IMG/VR virus record: IMGVR_UViG_3300042473_000506
Length of the DNA stretch: 64,000 bases
Strand: one strand, 5' to 3'
DNA from: a virus
Lineage: Duplodnaviria; Heunggongvirae; Uroviricota; Caudoviricetes
Part shown: positions 42,275 to 53,422 of the stretch, piece by piece
Layout of the letters: each line of letters opens with the position of its first letter
Position numbering within the stretch: the first letter of the stretch is position 1
Notes under the pieces: generated by a model
Database searches by the model: none
Seen by the model: the letters and a program-made list of their open reading frames with translations, nothing else
What the model was told of the DNA's origin: nothing
Made by a program: the position numbers and the translations under genes

Positions 42275-44671
42275 TTATACTGCTGTAAATGTTTTAGTCA
42301 ACGGAACTAATGTAATCGCAGTTGATATTTTGTTAGTTGAACCATATTGGAATATTGGATCAGCATACAGTACTGTGTTTGTACCAGTACCGTTGATAGC
42401 ACGATTTGAACCATCTCCAACAGGTATGTTGAATGTACACACACCAAACTGCATGGATGCTGAACCACTCATTGTAATACCGTGAGTATCGGACCCTGCT
42501 CCAGTGTTGTTAAGAATAACTTCACCCATACCCCATTGTACTGAACCACTTAGGGTAATAACAGAGCCAGTGTTGGCATCCAATGAACTTCTCAACATAG
42601 TTCCTAATGAATCGTTTGCTTGGTTAAGTACTTGTCCTGTACCGTTAGTTTCAAGATTGTTTATACTACAAAAGCCACGTTGGATATCTATTAGATATAC
42701 AGAGCCACCGGCTCTAGCCATGGTACAATCATTCATTTCCACTCTGCTACCTGTGCCAGTGTTATCCGCATAAACACAACTCTTAGTGGCGTTGCCTTGA
42801 TAGCAGTATACATCGTTTAGGTAAAGTTTTGCTGGATTAGATCCAGTTAACTCGATACTGTGATACGTATCGTCGGTGCGAACGGCAATATTAAATAGGC
42901 CAAATCTATTAACGTTTATAGCGTTTGTGCCGGTGTTTGCCGGAGTGATAGTAACATGTCCCTCAATCCAAATAGGTACATGGCCGGCATCGGGAGTTTC
43001 GCCACAGATAAAAATATTTCCACGAGTCAACGCCACATTCTCTGTGATAGAACTCTTTAGGAAAATAAACTGTGGGTTATCAACGATAGAACCGTTTATG
43101 TCAATTACTAAACTAGTATCAGCAATCCTTGCTTCAATATAGGCCAATGCCGACGCGATATTTTTGAAAGGTTTGTGTAAACTGCCATCAGCGGTGTATG
43201 TGCCCGTATTAGTTGGGTCGACAATCCATTGACTATCCGCTGTGTCGATATATACACTAACGCCTTCACTGTCGAGGATATCGCCCGGTACTGTTAGAGT
43301 ACCATCATTGCCAAATTCCCAAGTATTGCCACCAAGAACATCACCATTGGTGTAGCCACCTGTGATTACCTGTACAACTCCAGACTGTGTGGTTTCTGTG
43401 TAAGCACGGCCGCCTGTGATTCTAACATCGCCACCATAACTACTGCCTGCGGCATTCTCAACAGTTACATCGCCGCCGGTGATTTCCACAAATCCAGGAT
43501 TGCCCGTGGTAGAAGTGTTAAAGTGAGCAACATTGCCCCCTTCAATCCTAACATAGCCACCTGTGTCGTTAAGGCCTTCGCCGCCGCGTAATTTAACATC
43601 GCCACCACTGCCGCCACCTTGGCCCCATCCTTCAGTGTTGCCGTTGGTGTCACCTCCAACTCCGCCCCAAATGTAAACATCGCCGCCTTCACCTGTGGTG
43701 CTGGTTGAGCCGTAGCCACGCTGGCCTTGGATCACAATACGTTGAGCGTTGGTGTTGTTTTCTGTAGCTGTCGGTCCTGTGACGATAACTTGATTTTCGC
43801 TGTCGTTGCTTAACTGTAGTGTTGGACCACTAAGGGTGGTAGTAACATCGTAGCCCATATTAGATTTAGTTGGCAGAGTCAAGCCTTCCGGTAGTTCTAG
43901 ACTGCCATCAAATCTAAATGTCCATGTGTAGTCAGTTGACGTGGTCTCTGTAGTAATCTCAATTCCGCTATTGGCAGGCATGTCAGCTTGGTTTACAAGT
44001 GTTAATTGAAATTCATTGCCTCCTGATATGTAAACATCGTCTGCGGCGTCTAACGTAATATCTCTTCCTGAACGAATAGTTATATCATCGTCGCCAGTGG
44101 CCATGCCAAAGTAACTGTTACTTTCACCAACACCGTTAACTATGTCCAACCCAATGGTGTTGATGTAGTTGTAATTAAAATCAATGTCATCTATTGTTAT
44201 AGGCTCTGGGTGTGCTGTAGCCAGTGTTATGGTGTACAATGGTGGATTACCACTAGAGATTACATTGGTCACTGTTGATGCGAGATCATCAGTGTTGGGA
44301 TTTATCACTAGGTTGATGTTGCTGTAATTATAGGGAAAGGCAAGATTGCCATCAAAATACTCCACCCATCTTGACAACAGATCATCGAGATACAGTCCAA
44401 TATTATCTCCCATCTGTACAGCAATAGATCCAGTGGTATAGGCAAAAGTGTGTTCACTACCGTCGTTAAAATTATCTGAATAAGTTTTTTCTGCTGTTAT
44501 TTTATTACCAGTACCACCAATGGATTCTAATCCGCTCCATACCGTTGTGCCATCACCAACTCTCAGTTGATTATTAGTAGTGTCGTAGCCTGCTTCACCT
44601 AAGGCCAGTACCGGATCGTTAGTAGTCCAATTAGCGGCTGTATCTCTACGTAGTTTGATTCTTGTTGTCAT
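42275..44671 (-). CDS. Tail fibre/adhesin with Mtd-N-like N-terminus, Gly-rich repeats and probable C-terminal beta-helix
   Basis: RIKLRRDTAANW...PVLALGE.GYDT....LRVGDG is the Mtd_N/hyaluronidase-type N-terminus; GG.V.I.GG repeats. Confidence 0.8.
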   Translation of the reverse strand: MTTRIKLRRDTAANWTTNDPVLALGEAGYDTTNNQLRVGDGTTVWSGLESIGGTGNKITAEKTYSDNFNDGSEHTFAYTTGSIAVQMGDNIGLYLDDLLSRWVEYFDGNLAFPYNYSNINLVINPNTDDLASTVTNVISSGNPPLYTITLATAHPEPITIDDIDFNYNYINTIGLDIVNGVGESNSYFGMATGDDDITIRSGRDITLDAADDVYISGGNEFQLTLVNQADMPANSGIEITTETTSTDYTWTFRFDGSLELPEGLTLPTKSNMGYDVTTTLSGPTLQLSNDSENQVIVTGPTATENNTNAQRIVIQGQRGYGSTSTTGEGGDVYIWGGVGGDTNGNTEGWGQGGGSGGDVKLRGGEGLNDTGGYVRIEGGNVAHFNTSTTGNPGFVEITGGDVTVENAAGSSYGGDVRITGGRAYTETTQSGVVQVITGGYTNGDVLGGNTWEFGNDGTLTVPGDILDSEGVSVYIDTADSQWIVDPTNTGTYTADGSLHKPFKNIASALAYIEARIADTSLVIDINGSIVDNPQFIFLKSSITENVALTRGNIFICGETPDAGHVPIWIEGHVTITPANTGTNAINVNRFGLFNIAVRTDDTYHSIELTGSNPAKLYLNDVYCYQGNATKSCVYADNTGTGSRVEMNDCTMARAGGSVYLIDIQRGFCSINNLETNGTGQVLNQANDSLGTMLRSSLDANTGSVITLSGSVQWGMGEVILNNTGAGSDTHGITMSGSASMQFGVCTFNIPVGDGSNRAINGTGTNTVLYADPIFQYGSTNKISTAITLVPLTKTFTAV

Positions 44672-44684
44672 TTATCTGCTCCGA

Positions 44685-44891
44685 TTATGCTGTTCCACCA
44701 TCTAAGGTGATGTCTGTTGCTGTAGTGTAGGTCCAGGCTGAATCGCCACCTTCTACATAGTATTTTGCTTGATTGTTGGTGATTGCCAGGCTAGACGACC
44801 AACGATCGCCGGTCCATGTGTAGGTTACTGCGTTGGTAGCCACATAACTTTGGCCCACTGTGGGCGATGAGGGAAATGTTATTGCTGTCAT
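44685..44891 (-). CDS. Small virion-associated protein
   Basis: FPSSPTVGQ...TYTWTG.RW motif typical of fibre-associated modules; TAAATA 6 nt upstream of the ATG. Confidence 0.6.
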   Translation of the reverse strand: MTAITFPSSPTVGQSYVATNAVTYTWTGDRWSSSLAITNNQAKYYVEGGDSAWTYTTATDITLDGGTA

Positions 44892-44908
44892 AATGTGTAT
44901 TTACCCTA

Positions 44909-45616
44909 TCATAGTCCGAATCTTGCCCGTAGAGCCGCATAGTTCTGTAGTTGTTCTGCTTCAGTTAGCACTCTATTGTATAGTAGGATAACAGCAAGTT
45001 TGCCTTTGAATCCTCTACTAAAGTAACCTTCCCCCCATACATAAGGAGTAGATCCCCATGATTGATTGGTTCTGGCGGCTCCTAGTATATTCCAACCTGT
45101 GACCAAATTCCCTGCTCCTGGAATAACAGTACCGTTTATGTAATAGTTAGTTGCTGTTAGATATGCCCAGTCAGCGTTGTTGCCTGGATTTTGTATACTC
45201 CATGGACTTGATCCGTTAGCATTACCAAATCGCATGGTACGGTCAGCATCAACACCTAGTCCATATGCTAGATTAGCATCATCTACATTGTAACTGAAAT
45301 CAGGTTGAAATACCAGTGTACAATCTTGATAGTTCTGTGATAGGCTTGATGTCATACAATTTGCCGAGTCGCCATCAAATATAAAGTAACTAGAAGTACC
45401 GCTGTTGACAAATCCCACGGTCCCATTTAATGAAGCATCAGCACCTTGACCACTTATATCAAACCATGTGGCAGATTGCGAGCCTGGATAACTGGCTGTG
45501 ATGCCTGCATCTAGATGAGCGATAAGGCCGTCTGTGACAATGGGCGGAGGCGGCGTGTGACCCCTCAGTGTAACACCGTTGCTGATAGTCTGTGCTGATC
45601 TAATAGTTATTGACAT
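44909..45616 (-). CDS. Concanavalin A/LamG-like lectin domain protein
   Basis: IVTDGL..HLDAG...SYPG....W.DISG...GKL....LYNRVLT..E..QNY.A...RFGL. Confidence 0.85.
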   Translation of the reverse strand: MSITIRSAQTISNGVTLRGHTPPPPIVTDGLIAHLDAGITASYPGSQSATWFDISGQGADASLNGTVGFVNSGTSSYFIFDGDSANCMTSSLSQNYQDCTLVFQPDFSYNVDDANLAYGLGVDADRTMRFGNANGSSPWSIQNPGNNADWAYLTATNYYINGTVIPGAGNLVTGWNILGAARTNQSWGSTPYVWGEGYFSRGFKGKLAVILLYNRVLTEAEQLQNYAALRARFGL

Positions 45617-45633
45617 ACTTTTATTTTACCGTT

Positions 45634-48600
45634 TTAAGTAACAAGAGTTGTTCCATACAGAGGCCACCAAGATGTAACGCCGTCACCAACAAGATAAATC
45701 AATTCTGCTGTTCCCTCAGGAGCAACATTTACCGCACCGTCGATGGCTCCATCTACAGTTAATGTACAATTACTGGAGATGTTGACAATAACTAATCGTT
45801 GTCCCGCCGTCCCGGGAGGCAATACAACAGTATGACCATCACTGCCACTATAACCACCAACCACTGTACAGAACAGTAAGTTGAATGTAACATTAGTAAT
45901 CGTTAGCGTAGTATTAACACCATCAAACTCGTAGGTTTCTTGTCCTGTAACTACTGTCAATACTGAAGTACCAGAACTATTTTTAATGTCTCCACCATCA
46001 GGCAGTGTTAAACTACCATCCCCAGCAAAGGTCCACAACTGTGAAGTAGCACTGGTATCAACATTTGGTACTTTTATGTATATTTGATCATCTGCGGCCA
46101 CTTTGACATACTTGTCATCGTTGCCCAGGAATATGCTGGTCTGTGCCATATTCTCACTGATCAAATGTATGTGTCCGCTTTCACTGCCTTCGGTTGTGCC
46201 GTCTACTATATTGACACGCAGGTAATTGGATCCAGCACCTGGAGCATAAGTTCCAGTAGTAACAATAGTGACAGTAAATGTTTCTTCGCCTTCAACAATA
46301 GCATCGTTAGCTATCATTAGCATGTTGGTATTAGTATAATTAAAACCGCCACCATCTAAAGTCCAATTAGCAGCCGCAAATGTTCCTGTTAGTACGGCAG
46401 GTGTGAAGTCTGCGGCTGTAATACCTGTGCCGGTAATTATGTATTCTACATCACCCTGAACATACTGAAGACCGCTAGCGTCCCACAATGTTATAGAAAT
46501 AACAGTACCTTCTGTGCCAGTGCTCACATAAGGGTCAGGATATGTCACTGGATCAAGTTCATGTAAGTATTGCTGATAACCTTGATCAGTGGGGTAGTCA
46601 GCAGTCATATACGAATTATATGTCGAACGCAGAACTAGACTAGTTGCCTGTCCCGGACTGTTTGGAGTCAATACTAATGTGCTAGTCGTGTCTACAATGG
46701 TAGCACCGTTTGGTAATGTTAACCCACCATCTGCGGCAAATGTCCAAGTATTAATTGCTGTTGATGTGCTAGCAGTTTCAATGTAGACATTAGGATCACT
46801 GTTGTTGCCCAGGATTGTGCTGGCTGTGCTTAATGTTAAGACACCATCTGTGCCAAATACCCAAGTGCTGGTTGTAGCAGTTGAATAAGTTTGAACAACA
46901 ATATTACCCCCATTCTTTTCAATCTTAACATACTGATCATCATCGCCTAGGAATAGATCAACTGTGGTAGGATTGCCTGATATCAAGTGTATGTGATTTG
47001 TTTCAGTAGTGCTGGTACTGCCAGTTGGACGAATAACCAAACTCTGTCCAGCACTGGCTCCAGGTGGGGATATAATCGTAGTAGTGTTTGTTTCACTTAT
47101 GGTGCTACCTTGGGGGAATTCTAATTCCCCATCTGTGCCAAATGTCCAGGTGCTGTTGGTAACAGTTGAGTAAGTTCCAACAACTATGTCACCACCGTGA
47201 TCTATTTTAACAAACTGGTCATCGTTGCCTAGATATAGATCAGTCTCGCCACCAAAGCCTGCTGTCAAGTGTATGTGATTACCATCAACAACTGTGGGAT
47301 AAATCAGCAATGCTTGAGTAGCACTAGATGCACCTGCGGGTTCAATTCTAAAAGCCCCCATACCCGATGATATAGTAGCACCGTCGTTTAATGTTAATGT
47401 ACCATCCGATTCAAGTATAAATTCAGCGTCATTGTTAACTAATCTATCACCTAATGCTGTGGTACTGTCACCTGTGTACAGTGTGCCTATTAGAAAGGCA
47501 CTGCTGTCGACGATTGGTGTAACAGTGGCAACGGTTATGTTTGACGTATTGTCAGTGTCAGTCTTATCTGCGTTGACCACTGTAATGTCGCTGGCCGATG
47601 TGTCTAATGTACCAGTAAGATTTGAGGCTCTGAAATCCCATGCACCCACTGCGAACGGGTCGCCTGTGGCAGGTAACTGTGCTATTAGAGCATGGAAGTC
47701 ACTTGGACCTTCAAACGACCCAAAGCCACCGGCAAGTGCTACATAATCTTGTTTGACCGCTAGGTTACTTCCGCCGCCTTGACCAGCCAAGAAGTCGGAA
47801 CCACTGACTGAAAGCGTATCTATATTATCTAATAGTCGTTGCCATACTACTGTACCATCTAGATTATATTTGGCCACTACACAGGAAATGTCAATAGGAT
47901 CGTCGGGCCCTGGATTGGGCACAGTTGTAGTGAACAGTGAACCAGACAGATAAAGTTTATCATCAGCACCAACCACTATGCTGGTGGCAATTGCTCCACA
48001 GTCGCCCTCTACACGACGGCTCCACTGTTTGACACCTGCACTGTTGAATTTAACTAAATTCATACAAATACCGGGTCCAGCATTGTCGACTTCGTATTGT
48101 CCGCAGACATAGACGTTACCCTCACTGTCAATGTCAGCATCTGCTCCAGTACTGTCATATCCCTCGTCAAACAATATGGCCCTTTGCCAGTCAATGGTAC
48201 CATCGCTGAGATACTTGACCACCAGCATGTGATTGTCTGTATCGCCTTCCCCACCCAGTTGATCCATATATCCAACGGCTACTACTTCGCCTGTGGGTCC
48301 AACTGCCATGCCGTAGGCTTCTTCGTCATCCTGTCCGTCTAGTTTTTTTGACCAAATGATTGAACCATCTTCAGCATCAACTTTAGTGGTTGTCACATAG
48401 CCACCGCCAAGGTTGTCAAAAGTGTAACCAACCATGACGGGATTTCCGTCCGATGCTACATCAACTACCTGGCTGTTACTGTTAATGCTCTCGCCAAACG
48501 CATAGGTCTTGCTCCATTCAACTGAGCCGCCGCCGCTGGCAATTTTAGTTAAAGTGGACTTTTCCTGTCCGCCATCGGTATTTGTTTTTCCCGCTACATA

Positions 48601-51600
48601 GATGAATCCATTGGTTGGATCTACGGCCAGGCCCCATCCATCTGTTTCGTAGCCTGTACTAAATCGTGTGGTCCAAATTCGTGTGCCAGATGTGGTGTAC
48701 TTGCCCACTGAATAAAATGACCCGCCACTGTCTTCCCCGTGATAGAAAAGAGCAATCACGTTGCCAACACTGTCATATTCTACACTCAGTGCTATCAGTG
48801 GTGTATCTAGTAGAGGAGTTGCTGACTCAAATGTCTGTACCCACACGTTGCTGGCAGCACTGCCGCCGCCCAATACACTAACTCCATTGCTGTCAAGGAT
48901 ATCACCACCTGGTGGTAGTATGATATTGTTGTTGACAAATGTCCAAGTGTTGGTTACAGTAGAAGATCCACTGACACTGCCCAAGGCCAGTGTTTCACCA
49001 GTGAGTCCAACTATGTCAGTGACATAACTAACGCTGAGACTACTTGTTGACAATATTGCGGTTGATGTACCGGTTGACCACGTCAGGGTAGTCACAGTAT
49101 ATGTGCCAGTTGAAGAAATACTATCTATGTCACTGGTAAGATCAGCTATGGTTATATTGCCAAAGGTGCCAGTAACGCTGCCATCGATGGGCAGTTGTGC
49201 CACCAATACTCTTGTCTCATTAGTGCCAGTACTGTCATCAATATCCGAACTGGTTACAGCAGTGACCGCTATCTTATCTTGATATATATCGCCTACTCTG
49301 TGGCCAGAACTGCCGCCGCCGTCAGCACCTTGATCTATTATAACTACACCCGCATCAGTTATCAGTATACGACTGTATAACATTTCTCCGTTGGCAGGAT
49401 TGAGTTTTGTTATCCATAACTGTGGCTGTCCTACTGGCGGACCAGGTATGGTTCCAGTTACATATACATTGCCACTGGCGTCAAAACTTAAATCGTATGC
49501 TCCTGTACTGTAGGAGCCGGGGCCGCCGTCTGTAATAGGGTCAAGTTCTCCCGTCGCTAGATATGAAGCCCATATCAAGTCACCATCTGTGTCGAATTTA
49601 GATACCACGGCCTTTTGATCAGGGTCATCGTTGACTATGGTATAAACATAGCCACCGTTGTATATCACCGCAGCGGCTAGATCTCCTGTGGTAGTGACTA
49701 ATTCTTTGGTCCATTGGTGTATGCCATTGATGTCCCACTTGGATAACATCGCACGTAAACCGCCGTCATAATAATCACCTATGGCCCAAACATCACCAGT
49801 GGCAGGGTTAACAGTCACAGCACGGTATTGTCCATCGACAGGAAGGTCTTCAAAATCCTCGGGTATGATATTGCCGGTCCAAATTGGTGTTCCGCTGTCT
49901 CCATCGATTTTAATCACTACAGGAGTAGTACTGTACGAGATGTTGTCATAGTAAGAACCTGCTAGATAATAATTTCCAGAATTATCACAGGCTATATCCA
50001 CAGCAGAAACATACCCATCCACGAAACCTAGACTTCCTTGGGCTATTCCGCCCAGTCCAAGATTTCCATCAGTGTCCATATAGCCGGACCAGCAACCGAA
50101 GCCGCTGACAACAGCAGTGGCCAACCAGTAGATTCGATCATTGCTGTCTATGGCAAAGGCCTGATTGACCGCACCGCAATTGGCACCACTGTTGTCATGC
50201 CATGTTCTACTCCATAATAAATTACCATTGGTATCGTATTTTAACAGTAGACTATCTACATCATTTAGGCCGCCGTCACCAAATAGTACACCACCTAGCA
50301 CATATACATTGCCCACGCTGTCATAGAAAGCACCGGTGCCTATGGTATAACTAGAAGTAGTGACCGCAGTGGTTATGCCGCCAAATTCTGCTGCCCAGTA
50401 TGGACGAATTACTCCACTACTGGGTACTTGTATTGTCACGCTGTTGTTGCTGACAGATAACTTGGTATTATCGCCACCATCTATGACAATGGCATCGCTG
50501 TCAACATTGGCAGTACTGATAACGGTACCATCAATGGCCAATCCGTCTAGGTATGTTTCTGGACTTGGGATCTGTGTTGGACTTGCGTCTAACCATACAC
50601 CGCCGGTGGCAACATAGGTACGTCCTTCAACAGTGTCAAACCATTGCGAACCAGGCGTAGTCGCTGCTGGAGCAGTATCTGAAATTATCACTGCACCGAG
50701 TACAATGTTGGTATCTCCCTGGACAGTTAAGTTGCCGGTGGTGTTTACTGTGATGAGAGGGTTGCCGTCAACTGTGACATAGTTGTCTTGGTTAACTCCC
50801 AGTGCCACTCCGCCGATATAGATCGTGCCTGTTCCAACATAGATACTACGCCATTGACTTGATGTAGATCCTAGATCGTACTCTAGATCAGCGTCGGGAA
50901 GGATATGGCCAGGCGCAGTCAGTGCACCATCTTTACCAAAACTCCAAAGATTTGTCACATCTGTACCAATCTGTACACCCACGTTGGTCAAAGTTGAATC
51001 ATAGGGTAACTTGACGTAGTTAAGGTCATCACCGAAGAATAGATCTACAGTGGTAGGGTCATCACGCATGATGTGGAAATGTGATGCGACGGTTGGCACA
51101 CACTCCGGAGTGTTACCAAACAATACTGTGCCACGATCGGTGGTTAGTTTAATACCATCTAAAGTACCGCTACCAATAGTTCCGTACGGTAATACGATAT
51201 CTCCAGGGGCAGTTAATGTGCCATTACCACCAAATGTCCAATTGCTACCAACATCATCGCCGGCACTGATTTGTATGTCTGCAATAGATTTAATTAATGC
51301 GTTAGTCGTTGTGTATAACGCATTACTAGAGGTGGTTAATGTTATTGTACCATCAGTACCTAATATTACACTGTAACTGCCTGTAGTTAATCTATCTTCT
51401 TGTGCTCGCTCACCTTGTGGACCAGTTGGTCCTGGATCTCCTTGTGGACCTGTTGGACCTACAGAACCTGGATCACCTGTTGCACCTGCTGGTCCTGGAT
51501 CACCGATGTCACCTTGTGGACCAACAATTTGTCCAACATCGTTCCACGCTGTATTCGTTCCCCAGAACCATACACGACCTGTATCAACAGCAATATAACC

Positions 51601-52254
51601 TTCACCGAAGTTAGCACTCAGTGGAAGAGACAATGAATTAGTTACTGTACCTAATAGAACAATACTGACACCTTGATCTCCAGTTAGACCTCTAGGACCG
51701 GGATCGCCCTGTGGACCAGTTGGACCAACAGCACCCGGATCTCCACTTGCGCCTGCTGGGCCAGCAGGCCCACTAATACCTGTATTACCTTGTGGACCAG
51801 TTGGTCCTACAGCCCCGTTTTCACCCGCAACGCCTTGGGGCCCTTGAACGCCTTGTGGACCTGTGGGGCCTGTTACTCCTGCATTTCCTTGAGCACCCGA
51901 AGGTCCAGATGGTCCAACATCGCCTTGAATGCCCTGAGGGCCTGTTGCTCCTGCATTTCCTTGAGCACCCGAAGGTCCAGTTGGCCCCACTGCACCTGCA
52001 TTTCCTTGTGGACCAGTTGCACCCGAAGGTCCTTGTGGACCAGTACTACCGTTTACACCTGAAGGGCCAGTTAGTCCTACATTTCCTTGTGGACCAGTTG
52101 CACCCGAAGGCCCAGTTGGTCCAGAAACGCCGCCACCTATTCCGCCTGCATAAATTTCGTCGAAGTTAGCATTTACTTTGACAAATGCAGAACGAATGCT
52201 TTCACCATCACCTGCTAGTTCTCCCGAACCTATACTAATTGTCTGTTTTGTCAT
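45634..52254 (-). CDS. 2206-aa long tail fibre/adhesin: collagen-like stalk, two beta-propeller blocks, four HxH fibre knots
   Basis: N-terminal anchor [21 protein letters not shown]; G-X-Y repeats at about 51410-52120; YDxxGN...W-type repeats; repeated WTFGxDGxL and H(I/F)H(L/I)...LGxDxxYVK units. Confidence 0.82.
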   Translation of the reverse strand: MTKQTISIGSGELAGDGESIRSAFVKVNANFDEIYAGGIGGGVSGPTGPSGATGPQGNVGLTGPSGVNGSTGPQGPSGATGPQGNAGAVGPTGPSGAQGNAGATGPQGIQGDVGPSGPSGAQGNAGVTGPTGPQGVQGPQGVAGENGAVGPTGPQGNTGISGPAGPAGASGDPGAVGPTGPQGDPGPRGLTGDQGVSIVLLGTVTNSLSLPLSANFGEGYIAVDTGRVWFWGTNTAWNDVGQIVGPQGDIGDPGPAGATGDPGSVGPTGPQGDPGPTGPQGERAQEDRLTTGSYSVILGTDGTITLTTSSNALYTTTNALIKSIADIQISAGDDVGSNWTFGGNGTLTAPGDIVLPYGTIGSGTLDGIKLTTDRGTVLFGNTPECVPTVASHFHIMRDDPTTVDLFFGDDLNYVKLPYDSTLTNVGVQIGTDVTNLWSFGKDGALTAPGHILPDADLEYDLGSTSSQWRSIYVGTGTIYIGGVALGVNQDNYVTVDGNPLITVNTTGNLTVQGDTNIVLGAVIISDTAPAATTPGSQWFDTVEGRTYVATGGVWLDASPTQIPSPETYLDGLAIDGTVISTANVDSDAIVIDGGDNTKLSVSNNSVTIQVPSSGVIRPYWAAEFGGITTAVTTSSYTIGTGAFYDSVGNVYVLGGVLFGDGGLNDVDSLLLKYDTNGNLLWSRTWHDNSGANCGAVNQAFAIDSNDRIYWLATAVVSGFGCWSGYMDTDGNLGLGGIAQGSLGFVDGYVSAVDIACDNSGNYYLAGSYYDNISYSTTPVVIKIDGDSGTPIWTGNIIPEDFEDLPVDGQYRAVTVNPATGDVWAIGDYYDGGLRAMLSKWDINGIHQWTKELVTTTGDLAAAVIYNGGYVYTIVNDDPDQKAVVSKFDTDGDLIWASYLATGELDPITDGGPGSYSTGAYDLSFDASGNVYVTGTIPGPPVGQPQLWITKLNPANGEMLYSRILITDAGVVIIDQGADGGGSSGHRVGDIYQDKIAVTAVTSSDIDDSTGTNETRVLVAQLPIDGSVTGTFGNITIADLTSDIDSISSTGTYTVTTLTWSTGTSTAILSTSSLSVSYVTDIVGLTGETLALGSVSGSSTVTNTWTFVNNNIILPPGGDILDSNGVSVLGGGSAASNVWVQTFESATPLLDTPLIALSVEYDSVGNVIALFYHGEDSGGSFYSVGKYTTSGTRIWTTRFSTGYETDGWGLAVDPTNGFIYVAGKTNTDGGQEKSTLTKIASGGGSVEWSKTYAFGESINSNSQVVDVASDGNPVMVGYTFDNLGGGYVTTTKVDAEDGSIIWSKKLDGQDDEEAYGMAVGPTGEVVAVGYMDQLGGEGDTDNHMLVVKYLSDGTIDWQRAILFDEGYDSTGADADIDSEGNVYVCGQYEVDNAGPGICMNLVKFNSAGVKQWSRRVEGDCGAIATSIVVGADDKLYLSGSLFTTTVPNPGPDDPIDISCVVAKYNLDGTVVWQRLLDNIDTLSVSGSDFLAGQGGGSNLAVKQDYVALAGGFGSFEGPSDFHALIAQLPATGDPFAVGAWDFRASNLTGTLDTSASDITVVNADKTDTDNTSNITVATVTPIVDSSAFLIGTLYTGDSTTALGDRLVNNDAEFILESDGTLTLNDGATISSGMGAFRIEPAGASSATQALLIYPTVVDGNHIHLTAGFGGETDLYLGNDDQFVKIDHGGDIVVGTYSTVTNSTWTFGTDGELEFPQGSTISETNTTTIISPPGASAGQSLVIRPTGSTSTTETNHIHLISGNPTTVDLFLGDDDQYVKIEKNGGNIVVQTYSTATTSTWVFGTDGVLTLSTASTILGNNSDPNVYIETASTSTAINTWTFAADGGLTLPNGATIVDTTSTLVLTPNSPGQATSLVLRSTYNSYMTADYPTDQGYQQYLHELDPVTYPDPYVSTGTEGTVISITLWDASGLQYVQGDVEYIITGTGITAADFTPAVLTGTFAAANWTLDGGGFNYTNTNMLMIANDAIVEGEETFTVTIVTTGTYAPGAGSNYLRVNIVDGTTEGSESGHIHLISENMAQTSIFLGNDDKYVKVAADDQIYIKVPNVDTSATSQLWTFAGDGSLTLPDGGDIKNSSGTSVLTVVTGQETYEFDGVNTTLTITNVTFNLLFCTVVGGYSGSDGHTVVLPPGTAGQRLVIVNISSNCTLTVDGAIDGAVNVAPEGTAELIYLVGDGVTSWWPLYGTTLVT
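51410..52120 (-). repeat. Collagen-like G-X-Y coding repeats
   Basis: GPTGPSGA(T/Q)GPQG-type units; DNA repeats such as CATTTCCTTGTGGACCAGTTGCACCCGAAGG near 52000 and 52080. Confidence 0.9.
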
Positions 52255-52263
52255 TGCAAGTCC

Positions 52264-52698
52264 TTAATGATTAATTCTAATATTGTTTACAGTACCATCA
52301 GTCCAATCACTTACTCTGGCTCTAATCCAGACATAGTTTCCGGTAAAATTATAACTCTTTATATTAGTAGTTGCAGTAGTGTATTCGACGCTTGAAATGT
52401 TTTCTTCGCTAATCAGTCCTGTTGTATCAATAGACATGTTGTTTGTGCCTAGCTCAACAGAAAACCAGTCAGTGGACTGCGGTGAGGACGCAAGCGACCC
52501 CTGCATCTCTATCTTTCCGATAAACTCGTTTATATTGATTTGGACAGTGTGAAAACCGTCGCTACCCCCGAAGTAACCGTCACCTTTTATAGGATCGCTG
52601 GCATAAATTAGGGCAGTTGTACCTGTATTAGGATAATCTAATACTACTGTACTGGATGAATTGACGTTGAACGTTAAACTTTGGCTTAGTGATGGCAT
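52264..52698 (-). CDS. Hypothetical (probably structural) protein
   Basis: 144 aa, beta-rich; TAAATA 8 nt upstream of the ATG. Confidence 0.65.
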   Translation of the reverse strand: MPSLSQSLTFNVNSSSTVVLDYPNTGTTALIYASDPIKGDGYFGGSDGFHTVQININEFIGKIEMQGSLASSPQSTDWFSVELGTNNMSIDTTGLISEENISSVEYTTATTNIKSYNFTGNYVWIRARVSDWTDGTVNNIRINH

Positions 52699-52732
52699 AG
52701 TAACAATATTTATGCTACTATACCACTTTCAC

Positions 52733-53422
52733 TTATACGGAAAAAGCAGTCTCTCTAAGGATAAACTCTTCAACTTTTTTGATGTATCCGCTCAAATATA
52801 TGCCTACCATGCTGAGCATTTTGTCGTCTTCTACGTACATAAAGGGATCTTGTGCGTAGTGTCTAGTGCTTACAAGCCATCGTCTACTGGTTTCGCTAAT
52901 GTCTAGCTTGTCTCCGTACTTATCTGCCCAGGTTACAAATGTAGCTCGCTTGTCTGCAGGGAATCTTGATTTAAAATATACCCTGTATTTGTACTTTTCT
53001 TTGGGAAATACGTCTCGCAGTATCTTTTTATGACCATTACTAAGCATGAATTCTAGTTCTTGGTCCGTAGTCGGCCCGCTTATCTTTCTAATCCACTTGT
53101 TTAGATCTTTATCTATTGTTTCTAATATAGATTTGTCTGTGCAAAATAGATTAAAATGCGACCCTTCTACTCGAATTTTTACATCGGGGTTGTCAATGAA
53201 CGGTGCTACTAAGTTAGTAAACTCTAAGTAATCTGCTTTGTTGATTTGCAAAGCAGACAGCCTATCAACGTGCATACCTTTACCAGTAGCACACCACTCT
53301 CGAACAATATCGACTCCGCTGTGAACAATTCTAGAGGCTCCTACTTGTCTACATTCGACTTTGTAGGGCCACTTGTTATAGAACAGTTTACTGGAGTTCA
53401 GTTTCTGTATCTGTGTTTTCAT
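52733..53422 (-). CDS. Hypothetical protein
   Basis: Likely start MKTQIQK (ATG at 53422), overlapping the clpA end. Confidence 0.65.
   Translation of the reverse strand: MKTQIQKLNSSKLFYNKWPYKVECRQVGASRIVHSGVDIVREWCATGKGMHVDRLSALQINKADYLEFTNLVAPFIDNPDVKIRVEGSHFNLFCTDKSILETIDKDLNKWIRKISGPTTDQELEFMLSNGHKKILRDVFPKEKYKYRVYFKSRFPADKRATFVTWADKYGDKLDISETSRRWLVSTRHYAQDPFMYVEDDKMLSMVGIYLSGYIKKVEEFILRETAFSV

Noticed and set aside
51400-52169. Antisense ORFs over the collagen region, and the many other 60-150-aa opposite-strand ORFs in the track
   Set aside because: They are shadows of real genes (G-X-Y periodicity and stop-poor antisense frames), with no RBS or promoter and no protein-like motifs.
42275-52254. 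Diversity-generating retroelement targeting the Mtd-like or lectin fibre genes
   Set aside because: No reverse transcriptase and no template/variable repeat pair with adenine-specific mismatches seen in the window; the Mtd similarity is only to the N-terminal anchor.
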